A DNA stretch of 64,000 nt, from contig OZ316892.1 of the NCBI GenBank assembly GCA_973895155.1, forward strand, positions 2,545,223 to 2,609,222, in the 5' to 3' direction. Below are positions 22,714 to 34,545 of the stretch, in pieces. A model generated the notes under the pieces. It did no database searches and had not been told where the DNA came from. It saw only the letters and a list, made by a program, of their open reading frames with translations. A program made the position numbers and the translations under genes. This DNA comes from Marsupella aquatica. Lineage: Eukaryota > Plantae > Marchantiophyta. How positions within the stretch are numbered: position 1 is the first letter of the stretch; each line of letters begins with the position of its first letter.

Positions 22714-25225
22714 GTCGAAGTTTCAGTGACTACTACAGAGTTCACTTCTAAAAACCCTCTCCCTCCACTTCTGTGACCTGTGAAAGAAAATCTTAGAATG
22801 TTGCGTTTCCTGACGTCATTGTTTACCTCTTGGCCTTTAATAACTGCTTTAAGATGTTGTACTCATAATTTACTTTTGCTGCAATACTCTTTAAAGTTGT
22901 TCAACACCGTGTCTGTTGGAGTATCCCATGCAAAGGGTTCCCAGTTGCAGAGTTGTTTTTTGTATTCATGGTCTCCCTCTTGATGGACTGAGTTCTTCTC
23001 CTATTGATTTCAACTTTGAAGTTCTGCCTGAACAGGGAAGGTTCATAATCCCATCTCTTGGGATGGCTTACGAGTGCTGCTTGGATTCAAGGGTGTTACT
23101 CAATTGAACTTCCTTAGCTACTGTCCTTGCCCTAAGGTCACTTCGCCTTGTCAGTAGAGAAACTTAGTATGAGCTTGAAAGTTTGTGCTATGATCGTTCC
23201 AAATTCTTGAGAGTCTCCCAAATCTCAAGTTTGAAGGCAACAGTGTTCCCTTGCTTGGGATTATCTCTTTGAGAATGGGAAGTTCGTGTAATCTTGCAGT
23301 GACTGTCTTGACGAACCCTGGGAATTGTGAGGAACTGTTCAAGGCCAGAGAGGCCATAGTGGGAGTGGGAGGAGGGACAGATAGTGTTGCTCTATGGGGC
23401 GTGAGGGGCTGATGTGCAAACTTTGCTTACAGAGTCTGCATGACTGTATGATTGTGGATCCCCCTAATTCTCTAGCTGACTAACGTAGAAACATTGTCTT
23501 TTCGCTTGGAAATGTCGTCTGTTTTGGGGGACAAAACACTTCATTCAGCCGGTTTCAAGGAGGAGACTTAACCCAAGGGTGAAACCTCCTTAGGCTCACT
23601 TGCAGATGAGCCATAGTAATATGGCAACTTATAAATGGCATTCCCAATGAACAGGACATTATATCAAGGACCCATCCATTATCATCTGAGCTATGGTGGA
23701 CTCTCTGAGCTGGGCTAGTCAACGAGATTTGTCACACCGTTCCAGCCTTCAAGGCTCGGCGTTGTTCTGTGCTGCGTGCAGACAGATGGACAGCCAGGCC
23801 AGGCGAGGGGAAACGAGACGAGAAAAGACGAGACTAGTTCAACTTTTTGTCTCTTATAGCTTCTTGCTTCCAGTGCTTTATTGCTACTGTGCTATATGCT
23901 ATTTTGTTTCCTTCCGTGGCTTATCTCTTGTCCTCTTCCATTCCATGCATTACCATTTCTTATTCTGGCGCCGTGCGCCGTGACTTTTCTGTCGTCCTCG
24001 TTTGGAAGCTAATCTTATCGCTCACGTTTGTCTAGAAAAACTTTTGTTTTTTATGGTATTGGTGATTGTCTTTAAATAGAAGTTCATTCTCACTGGGACC
24101 ATGACATTTAATCTAAAATTATGATGAACTAAGTATTTTTTGACTGGAAATGAATAGCTATACACATACATAAGAATTGAGTTTGGGTGTGGAAGTTGGA
24201 GGATTGAGATCCATCGTCGAAATGAATGGAAAAGTACCGACATAATTTACCTCAATTTTGGATGACACGGGAACCAATATTCTCGGTGTAATCATTTTCT
24301 TTCAGACCTGCTTGCTTGCCTATCGGCGATCATCACTATGGCCTCCCACCTTGGAGCTCCCTTATATAGCAGATTATGGTACTGCAATTTCACTCCGTTT
24401 CAATTCCGTGATGCGTACGTAAAGAATTTGACCGCTCGCTTCTGCCCTCAAAGAATCTACTGAATTGGCTTCAAATATGTGGGTAGGGACTGAATTAGCT
24501 ACCCAGATGTGGATTGGCTACTAAATTAGCTTCAAATAGGTGGATTGCCTTCTATATTAGGTTCAGTACGTGCTCGAGTACGTGGACTGAACTCTGAATG
24601 AGCTCCGTATAATTCTAAGGATTAGAATCAGCTTTTGCCTGCCATTTCATTGATATGTGAATTGGTGGTTGAGCACTAGTCAGAGAAACTCGTCCGTGCC
24701 CCAGACCTTTAATCCAATGAGTAGAATTTCGAAGCACCCAGATAGAATTCAAATTGCACGGAGGTGAAAGTTTGACCAGGACATGGAACCAATTATTAAT
24801 TTACGGTCACACAGAGCATCGGCCTACGTCAATTCAGGTGAAATGCTGGACAGTAAAACTTTAGATTGTGTACTTTAGGACAATCAAACTGTTCTAAACT
24901 ACGCCATTTACATTTGGTTATGCAAAGAACTACCAACAGAGATCCTCAATGTCGTACACTCGGCAATCCAAGTTTTTTATGCAAATTTCTTATGTTATGA
25001 TATTCTTGCAATGCCCAGCAGATCAGCTAGGTAATTGAGCATGACTTGAACAATCAGTGGATAATGAGAGCATCCTCTGAATTTTCAGTGTTCTTAGCTC
25101 CTGGGACTACACTCGTTTCTTAGCTTCTTTGCACATAGCATTCTTTTTGACAGAGTTGCGGCCTTCACTTCCGTTCAATTGACGCTCTGTTGTACTCAGT
25201 CAAGTATTCATGGATTTTGGATGGC

Positions 25226-27716
25226 ATGCAGGCGACCCTCCTGGGCAAGCTTAGTGCTACAAAGCATCACCAGGTTCGATACCTCCAGGATGAACTAGAG
25301 CAAACTCGTGCTCAGGTATGGTCCCTCCCTAGGTCATCCTGTTGTAATCATCATCCACAACGCTGGAATTTGGATTTTGTAGGATCTTATCTATCGAAAC
25401 ATGGGACGGCTAATGAAAATATTTTGCCAAGAGATAAATCCCAAGACTTGTGGACTCGAGGTGAGGCTGAGCCAATGACTTACTATATGGAGCATTCCAA
25501 ACTTCACAGGTGGCCCAATTGGAGCATGATTTCCAAGCCCAACGGGATTTGAAAGTGGCCTTCAAGGTGCAAGCCGTCCGCCTAGGTTCTGCTTTGAAGA
25601 AGCTCAGAGAATTCGCCCAGGACAACGGCCTGGACCCACGTAGAGTTGAAGGAAGTTTTTCCCTTGGAGCACCTGAAGGTCAAATAGTATCTGACGACAA
25701 AAGCAAGGAGTTCGAACATTCCCCTGAGTTGATCGTTCTCAAGACCCAAGCCACGGAATTCGGCTGGTTATGTGATCCGAAGGAGGTGAGTATTTCAATT
25801 TACGCATTCAGTGTGTCCATACGTTGCGCCCTGCTTGATCTCAGCATTCAGTTCTTTCGCAAAATCACTGCTCTATCGATTAGATGAGGTCAAGCATATC
25901 TTTGAAATAACCAGTGCTGACCTACACCAATGAATAGTAGATACAAACACAAACACTTTCAAAATTTTCTAAGTTGTTAGGGATTTCACTTTCGAGAATT
26001 GAGCAGAAAAATCAAAATGTTTAAAGCAACAAAATCTAATGCAGAGGAGCCTTCGCGTTACATCTTCACCTTAATAAATTGCTGGTTGGGTGTATACAAT
26101 TGATGTAGGTGGAATTGCGAGAACAGATTGGAAGTGGCTCAACTTCAGACATTTTCAAGGGTGTATGGCATAACCTAGATGTGGCAGTGAAGTGCTTGCG
26201 TCCCGATGCATTTGGCGAAAACCCGGTGAGGAAGATTGCATTGCATCTCAGTGCCACATACAAAGCTTATGTAACCATCATGTAAACCACTCACAATTAC
26301 AGAAATGGATCCAGCTCAAAGATCTGTCTCTCTATGTTCCCCCTGGACTTCGAAATGTCGAATGTAAGGAGAAAAAACTATTTACTTAATTGTTTGAGGA
26401 GGAAAAATGATGGTTGCAGGATATCATAGGTGGATTTTGCCAGGAAGTCGAGCTGATCGCAAGGCACCGACATCCTTATATTCTTCGAATGTTTGCGGCC
26501 TGCTTGTCTCCACCTGATCATGCATGGATCATCACCGAGTATCTGTCTTCGGGCACATTGACGGAGTGGTTGCACGGTACCAAGACTCGTGAAAGAAAGA
26601 GAATCGTCCCGCTTCCTCCTCTCTCGGAGAGACTGCGAATTGCAACAGAGATCTCCGTAGCCATGCAGGTAAGCAAGTATTTGGATCTGGCTAAGTAGCA
26701 TCATTTTCTACTTCGGATCAATTCTGACCTCTAGATCTCAACTTGCCCTTCTGCTTCCTCTCACGTTGCACTTGTTTGTGGATTGTTGGGTCTTGTGGGC
26801 AAACAGTACTTACATGAGTTGTCTCCAAAGATAATGCATCGTGATTTGAAGCCTAGCAATATTTTGCTGGATGAGAACAACCATGTGCGCATTGCCGATT
26901 TCAACTGTGCTCGCTACTTCACTTCCAAGGATGCCGCCTTGACAGGTGAAACAGGTAAAATCAGAAATTTGGGAATCTTGGGTTGGGTTGCTGAATTGTC
27001 TTCTTTACAAGTTTAGGGACCTTGCATTGCATCCAGTGAACCTTTAAACTTCACAGTTGATATCGTTCATTGCTTTTGCAAGCAGGTACATACTTATACA
27101 TGGCGCCTGAAGTTATGGCACATGAATCATACAATGAGAAGTGTGACATTTACAGGTATGTTGTGTGTTTGAACTTTGGGCACCCTACTGAAGATGGCCC
27201 TTCACATTTCTAAATTTAATGACACCCTGGTTGGACACATCGCTTGGTCTGTTTGCAGCTTTGCTGTGATTTTGTGCGAGCTTGTGACAGGAACTCCTCC
27301 TTACGTTGATACCGGTTATTCTCCTGCTGAGGTAGAGCAGCTTCTTCACTCCTGCTGGTGATCAGTGCAATTTCATGGATAATTGTCACTAAGCACGAAG
27401 GGACTTGCAGTTTAAGCTGTCGTTTTGAGGCATCTGACTGCTCTGTGACCGGCTTTAAGATATTGTCAAATGACAAACTGCGGTTGGTGATGTGCAGATA
27501 GCCTGCAACGTAGCCCAGGGCAATTTGCGGCCAACTCTCCCAGAGAATCAACCTGAGATGCTAGTCGAACTGATTAAGGATGCATGGGAGCAACAGCCTA
27601 GAAAGCGGCCAAGTTTCTCTGGAATCACCGCCACACTGACTGTCATTACCGGGGATTTGCTCGATGCTGTCGAATCTTCCAAGGACTACCAAGCAGAGAG
27701 ACACCTGCGCAAGTAA
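25226..27716 (+). CDS. Raf-like/STY (TKL-group) protein kinase with N-terminal coiled coil, ~413 aa, 8 exons
   Basis: Exons 25226-25315, 25510-25785, 26109-26225, 26420-26668, 26807-26954, 27086-27155, 27259-27331 and 27498-27716 have GT-AG sites and consistent phases. Motifs: IGSGSTS, VAVK, FCQEVE, HRDLKPSN, ADFNCAR, TGETGTYLYMAPE, KCDIYSF, RPSF. The start codon is tentative. Confidence 0.92.
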
Positions 27717-29353
27717 CGTTGGGTCCAGTCTGAAGGGCTGCATTACAGCCCAGTATCTACTCTTCCTAGGTACCACCATCTGCAAGCTTCCGTCACCATG
27801 CTTGCTCGTAACGGTACAGGTCTGGAAAGCATGGTATCCACCGTGAATTAGAAGACAGTTTAGCTCTACTACCCACCCAGTCGGCAAGATAAGGGCACTA
27901 AGGATGGTGCGGATTTTAAACCTATTTCTTTGCTGTCTAGTGCGCTTCTTGCCTATTCGCGTTCAGTTCAAAAGAGTGCAAGTTGTAATGGCAAGGACCA
28001 GGAAGTAAACTGGACACCGAGCAATGTGGACGGAGCGAAGCTCCCAATTTAAGGGATGCCACACAAGGAAAGGAATCCGACATTGGAATGCACAGCGAAT
28101 GGTACATTTGCCAAGTCTTTGAAGAACAGCTACGTATCTCGTCAGCAGCTGTCTGAGGAGGAGTTTGGAAAGCAATTGTTTCGGCTGAAGTATCTGAGAG
28201 CTTACCTGAGGTGATATTGGGTTTAAGAAATGGACGATGCAAATTTTATCAAGGATGTTGGAAGCTACTTGTTCCGGCTTCAGTATCTGATAATTTACTG
28301 AGATGTCGGGTTCGTGAACTGGTTATTGCAAACTTCATCACCCATCTGGAGTGACTTTGAAGTCATAATGCCACTCACAGGACGACGCTGTAGCTGTACC
28401 CATATTTGGTACTACAAAAGATCTGGGATGAAATTTGGCAGGATGAAGGGGTATAAAGGATATTTTCGTGTCACTTTGTTAAGAGTTTGTTGGCGGATTA
28501 TATAATCTTGGAATTCCAAGCGTGACCGGTTGAAATTTTTGGATAGTGATGATTAATGGGCATCAACTTCTCATTCGAGCGCATCCATACTTCGCGACAG
28601 GGACAAAAAGTCGTTGATGGCGAGTTTACGCATGACGTCCATCTTCTAGCTGTGGTAACTACATTAGATTGACACTGCTTTCAAAGGAACTTTTCCATTT
28701 CCGCACAACTACAGTACACAACTGAAGATCATTCGGAAGGCAGAAATCAAACTAACCCCGCGAGGGTACACAAATTAAAACCTGGACGAAGCAAATCCTA
28801 CAACATTAACGTCGTTACAAAGAACTCCTTTCCAGATATGGAACCTTTATTAAAATTCAGAACACTCGATTCAAGGTTATTGTCCAAGGTAACAGTCCAA
28901 GAAGCCGGATTATAATCCCGGACGTAGTAGTGGGACCTATACCCTACTGCTAGTCTGCTCAGTGGATGAACAATGGAAGCCTACTTTCAATCCCAAACGT
29001 AATAGTTAACCTATCACCCTACTATTCCTCTGCTCAGCGGATGAAAATTGGCAAAAGATAATTTAAAGTCCACCCAATGGAGCTTGCCAACCTTCACACA
29101 ACAGATACTAATCAGACCTGCGACATCACTTTAAAATAACGACCGCCAATGAACTTCCCACCCAGACGACGGTGTTTAAACGAGGCCCAGCAACGTGAAC
29201 TTCGGTGATCGAGAATCTAAACCTCGCACAACTAGCTGACAACGGCCAGAGCCCATCTGTGTACATTCTGGACCGCGGAAAGAATCCATCTAAGCGGACC
29301 ACTACGTGACAGCAATAAAGCGACTTCGAACTTTCCCTTCCTACGATCTCCTC

Positions 29354-29925
29354 GATAGGCGGAGACAAACAGGAGGCCTGGTGATTAAGCAACTATGCCG
29401 TGAAGCATATGTGCTTAACCACTTGGCCCCCGGAAATCTCCAAAGAAGATGTGGAGCTAGAAAACTAAGAATTCTCTCCTTTGGACGCCTGTATATAGGC
29501 AAATATGAAAACTTGTTCACGAGCTTTCACGAGAGCCGGGCGACAACCTCTAGCCACTGAAGATTGAAAGCGTGGTCATCTAGTCACCAAGCCTCCAGAA
29601 CGATAAACTACCTCGGGATGAACCATTACCTAGTGACGAATGAAAACGTGGTCATTTGATCACTAAGCCTCCAGAACGGTAATCTACCTTTTATAATGAA
29701 CCTGATTCTCTTCTCATCAAAACAGATAGCTCAATCGGATCTGCTGGGAATAGTCCCAGAAGCCGCATCTCGGTAGGGCACAGTATTGGAGGCCTAGTGA
29801 TCAAGGGCCGCACTCATGTCAATCGGTAGGCCACAGCGTTGGAGGCCTAGTAATCAAACAACGCCGGTTCAACACGCCAAAGATTGGTAGATTACAGTTT
29901 TGGAGGCCTGGTGATAAAAGAACAA
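29354..29925. repeat. Cluster of a ~35-40-bp motif in both orientations (foldback arrangement)
   Basis: ggtag..acag..ttggaggcct(a/g)gt(g/a)at occurs forward at ~29354, 29770, 29823 and 29884. Its reverse complement (tcac(c/t)aagcctccagaacg.taa.ctacc) occurs at ~29581 and 29656. Confidence 0.7.
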
Positions 29926-31074
29926 CGCTTTTACATACGTGTAGAAGATCCCAAAAGGTGAGCTAAGCTTTGACATCAAACCCAAAGGTATCGATCGATC
30001 CAACATTGACAAAGACCGTGATTACAGACTGCCTGGACAGCACCAGGACGTGGGTTAGTAAAATCGCCAAACTAAAATCAACAAGGGGAGCACAAATCAG
30101 CAAAGCCGACACACATCAGCGACAGATTCAGCGACTCCCTCACGAAGCCCAAACATCAAACAGGCCATCCACTGCAATCACAACAGATTCAAGGTAAAAG
30201 GTGAATTGCAGTGGATGTGCAAAGCCCCAGTTGACTCTGACGACCTTTGCACGTCCACTGCAAGCTGCAGATGTCGATGCCGACCGAAGAAGTGCATGCT
30301 AATCCCTCTGAAAAAGTGCTGATCCACACGCCCACTTCGACAACGAGACTTCCCCTTCCAGCTATGAAAATGGATCTCCATAGCCACCCAAAGAGATCAG
30401 TTCCTCGACCCACGTGAATCCTCTCAAGCACTGGAAGCCAACACTGCCTTCAGTTGAAGCAGCCATGAACCGTATTTATTCAGTGCTTGTGCTGTGCCAC
30501 TGCCCTCTCCTTCAAGGCTTGAACTACTAAGTTTTAGAGATAACTCATCAGTACAGTCTGTACTTTTCCTTTTCGGTGCAGATCTGCAGAATTGCAGATA
30601 CTCCATTATTATCGAAGAAGCTTCGTCGTCAATCGACTCAACGAGATAAATCTGGAATGATGGAGTAGCTGACGTTCGTTAGATGTCAGCGCATCGACGG
30701 CTCACATAAACCTGACTATGTGAAGGTCTGGACTCTGGAGAGGAGTCAGAGGTCCACCGTCCACCAGATCTACCTCCTTCTGTGTACTCTCTTAGAATCC
30801 CTACCGTTGATTGTTTTGCATTTTCTACTTGGAAACCAGCTCCTTACCTCTTCCATATATGGCACTGCCAAAACCAACCAAATTGGAGACACTGTACCAA
30901 AGAGAGGAGACCCAATGAAGGGGGACTAAACAAGAGAGAAGACCACAATAGCTAGAACTAAAACAGTATTGGGTGGAAAACTGAATATCCTGGTAAAGCT
31001 CCAGCCAGGGTAGACTGCATGAGAAGATCACTAGTAAGTGGAATTTGGCTAGAATTCCACTAAATGCCTGCCCG

Positions 31075-31395
31075 GGCAGTGTGTTCTAAAATGAATTTCT
31101 TTAGGTCTTCATAAGAAAAAGTGTTTTTATAGAACACAACGTCATTTTAACATAGCGCCCAGGCGTTGTGTTTGAATATTGGCGTTGTGTTCGAGATTTG
31201 ACCCTAAACTGTTATACATTGAGTTCAAATAGTAAAAGATTCAAGAATTATATGTCAATCCCAACAATCAAACACAATGTCAATATTCGAACACAACGCC
31301 TTACAAATACAATAAATAAAAAGACATAGTCAAAACTTGAATACAACGCCCCAGGCGCACTATTCAAATAGAGCGCCCCATGGCCCACTATTCAA
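31075..31395. repeat. Foldback-like relic with repeated ggcgttgtgtt / aacacaacgcc motifs
   Basis: ggcgttgtgtt(t/c)ga at ~31162 and 31181 faces tcgaacacaacgcc and tgaatacaacgcc at ~31287 and 31338. Confidence 0.5.
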
Positions 31396-32090
31396 CTACA
31401 AGGCCATGGTGTTGTGTTTGGGGGAAGACGGTAGCCCCTATGGAGTATAGTGAAGTAGAAGATCTAGTGAAGTAGAAGATCTGTGAAATAAAATGCCCCA
31501 AATACCTCCAAAGCAAAAGCCTCTCTACATAAAAGATCACTAGGAAACTACAAAAGATAGAATGTAGAGCCCCAAAGACCTCCCATGCCAGTAAGTAATA
31601 ACAGGTCTCAAGCATTTTCTACAAGGAATTTTTTTTAAAGAATTTTAAGACAAGAAATCTATATCATGAACATTATAGAAAACTGGAGTGATAGCTTATT
31701 ATCTAGAGTGAAGGCTATAGACTGTAACTTTGGGGCACACTATGGTTGGGGTGGAATTGAAAATAGGTGTGATTAGTATTCATGGTCTATCTATGAGCAA
31801 ACTCAGGAATCAGACTTGTGAAGTCTCAACATGGAACTTTTAAGATTCATTGAAATGAGTGTGTCAAGGCTCATGCCTTGTACTGCCTGCACTTGCTACC
31901 CGGGCTTCACGTACCAGGCCTGTGATCGACCAAAGGTTTGTGATTCACAATAGGCTCAACATTAAGGTTTGTTTGTGACATTAGAAGATGATTTGCAATA
32001 CTTCTAGAAATGTTTCCGAGAGTATGAACTAAAATAAGATTTGAGAATACCTTTTGAGGCCCCCTTCATAACATTTGTCCAGCTTTTAAG

Positions 32091-32286
32091 TACTTTGTCA
32101 CTAAAGATGTTGTAATTGACAATATTGCCACTTTTTTTGTATTTACAAAAATGCCACGATTTTGTAAATGGATGACAAGTTTACCAAGGTAACTAGGGGA
32201 ACCATATACAAAAACAGTTACATATTTGTAAATACAAACAAAACATTGACACTATTGTAAATTCAAACATCTTTAGTGGCAATGTA
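32091..32286. mobile_element. Degenerate MITE-like inverted-repeat element with TA at both ends
   Basis: tactttgtcactaaagatgtt...acaata pairs imperfectly with tattgt...aacatctttagtggcaatgta. Confidence 0.55.
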
Positions 32287-32464
32287 TTTAAAAGCCACAC
32301 ATTTGTTCAGCCAACTAAGCTGAGACATTTATTTATACACAAATGACATGTTTTTTTCTTGAATTTCTTCCTGTTCTTATGTTTTTAACTTTTAAAACAA
32401 ACTGTACATTGAAAGGTCATAGTTACACAAGGATACTTAGAAGACTCTTAAAAGTTATATGAGA

Positions 32465-32707
32465 CAATGAGCCCTATGCCTGTGCATTGCACGGTGCAAG
32501 GAGGGCCGGTCCATAGGGAGTAGGGCTGGGGAATTTATGGGGCAGCGTGGAGAATCACATAGGCACCAGGGGTGCCCATTTTCTCCATCAAAAATCAAGG
32601 AAAAGAGCCAAACTAATCCAATAGTTACGCATCTTTCCCGCATAAGAACTTTTTTGTATTGGAACAAAACACAAAAACAAAAAGAAATCCCTTATTATAA
32701 TTGTAGA
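32465..32707 (-). mobile_element. Non-autonomous mini-Helitron copy
   Basis: The minus strand reads A|TCTACAATTATAATAAGG...ccgtgcaatgcacaggc (hairpin)...ctcattg|T. It is homologous to 41813-42043. Confidence 0.7.
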
Positions 32708-33554
32708 TTCTTTTGAGATTTGACTTAGACAAGCCAATGTTTTGTTAGTTGGGTCCAACAAGTTAATATTTATTTATCTAGAAAGCGAACCGGATGGCAC
32801 TGATGACAATTAAATCTGTCAAGAGAGAACCCTCAAGTTTTATTATTATTATTATTATTATTCTATTATAACACCAACCTTTTCATGGCCAGATGAATTG
32901 ATGCATGCTGACAGGTTACACGACCAATGAGGAAAACAAGAGATTTCTTTTACCAATAATAACGTGACATGTCATTGACCTATGAGACGAGGACATGTGA
33001 CATCACCAATGGTAAGAGGACACATCATTCCCTCTCTCCCTTCTATGAAACGGTCAGGATTTTGAAAAGATACAGTGATGAATATTTACAATTGAAGTAG
33101 AAATCTAGATGCTACTATTTTAAGTAACCATACAAGCATGAAGGTAACACATAATTGAGTTGTGGACCCCAAAATGAGTTGTGGACCCCATGTTGGACGC
33201 GTGATGGCAGATAAGACAAACGAGTTTGTGGTCCCAATGTTGTGGCAATTTTTTGAAATCGGTTTTTAGTTACATTGTCGTCAAAGTTACAATGGAATTG
33301 TCAAGTAATTTTTGTTATTAGAATACTATCATTGTTTATATGGTTACCTTGGTGAACTATGCAGTTTATCAGTGAGTCTTGTTTATTGTCTGGTATTCAC
33401 ATTCTGAAATGGTGGCAGTCTTAGACATTCCATGGATTATTTGTGCGGCAATTTTTCTACCCTGTTTTGTTGTTACAGACATTCCTTTACAGTTTCCGGG
33501 TCTAACATTTTTGGTGGCCTCGAGTCAAACACAGGACTGTGTTAGTGTTTTTGC

Positions 33555-34545
33555 GAGATATATGCTTGATGGGCCCCTTGGTGAACCTTTCTTGCCTGAT
33601 GGGCCCCTCGGTAACTTTTTTTACCAAGTAGGACCCCTCTTAATGACCAGTACACCTGTTCTTGTGTGGTGCCTACACCTGTCCTTGTGTGGTGCCTACT
33701 ATGTATGGTGACTCCAAGCAAACTGCACAGTTGAACCGTGCGGTCGACTTTACATGGTCGACCGAGAAACCACAGAGATTATTCGGGAGAAACCGCGAAA
33801 AGCAACTGTCGCTGTCGAAACTGCGATTTGAAGACAATATGCATTATGTCTTCGGATTCACTGGGTTAATGCTTGAAGACAAAATGGATTATGTCTTCGG
33901 GTTCAAATTTTTACCGTATCGTGGGGTAGTTATTAGGTATGTTTTTCACGTTGCGCACATGGGTTTTTCATGATGTTTTCATGCACGATTGTCAGCGTCA
34001 GTGTGGGGTACCTCCAAATGTCCACAAAGAATATTCAAGTTCAATGTTCAGAATTTGCCTACTGCCGCCACAACAAAAATTGGCAAATGATTGACAATTG
34101 CGCTCAAAAATGGTAATACTCCCTGTGCAATGCACACAAACAATTTCAAAAGAAGACAGACCCAAAGGTGTCGGGGTACACCCTAAACCCTAAACCTTGA
34201 AACACGGGAAGACATAATCCATTGAGTCTTCAGGCATTAACCCATTGAATCCGAAGACATAATGCATATTGTCTTCAAATCATAGTTTCGACAACGGCAG
34301 TCGCTTTTCGCGGTTTCTCTCGAATCCGTGGTTTCTCGATTGACCATGCAAGGTTGACCGCACGGTTCAACTGTGCAGTTTGCTTGGAGTCACCATACAT
34401 AGTAGGCACCACACAAGGACAGGTGTAGGCACCACACAAGAATAGGTGTACTGGTCATTAAGAGGGGTCCTACTTGGTAAAAAAAGTTACCTAGGGGCCC
34501 ATTAGGTAAGAAAGGTTCACCAGGGGGCCATCAAGCATATATCTC
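33555..34545. mobile_element. Non-autonomous Mutator-like element (MULE), 991 bp, ~345-bp TIRs, 10-bp TSD
   Basis: It starts GAGATATATGCTTGATGG and ends CCATCAAGCATATATCTC. 33555-~33898 is the reverse complement of ~34208-34545. The perfect TSD gtgtttttgc is at 33545-33554 and 34546-34555. There is no transposase ORF. Confidence 0.93.

Noticed and set aside
21023-22745. Alternative-frame and antisense ORFs over the 630-aa ORF (likewise over 48933-50336)
   Set aside because: These are expected shadows of GC-richer coding sequence.
30424-30606. 60-aa ATG ORF and miRNA-like snippets in the 30.2-30.7 kb region
   Set aside because: No match to conserved plant miRNAs that I can recall, and no protein motif.
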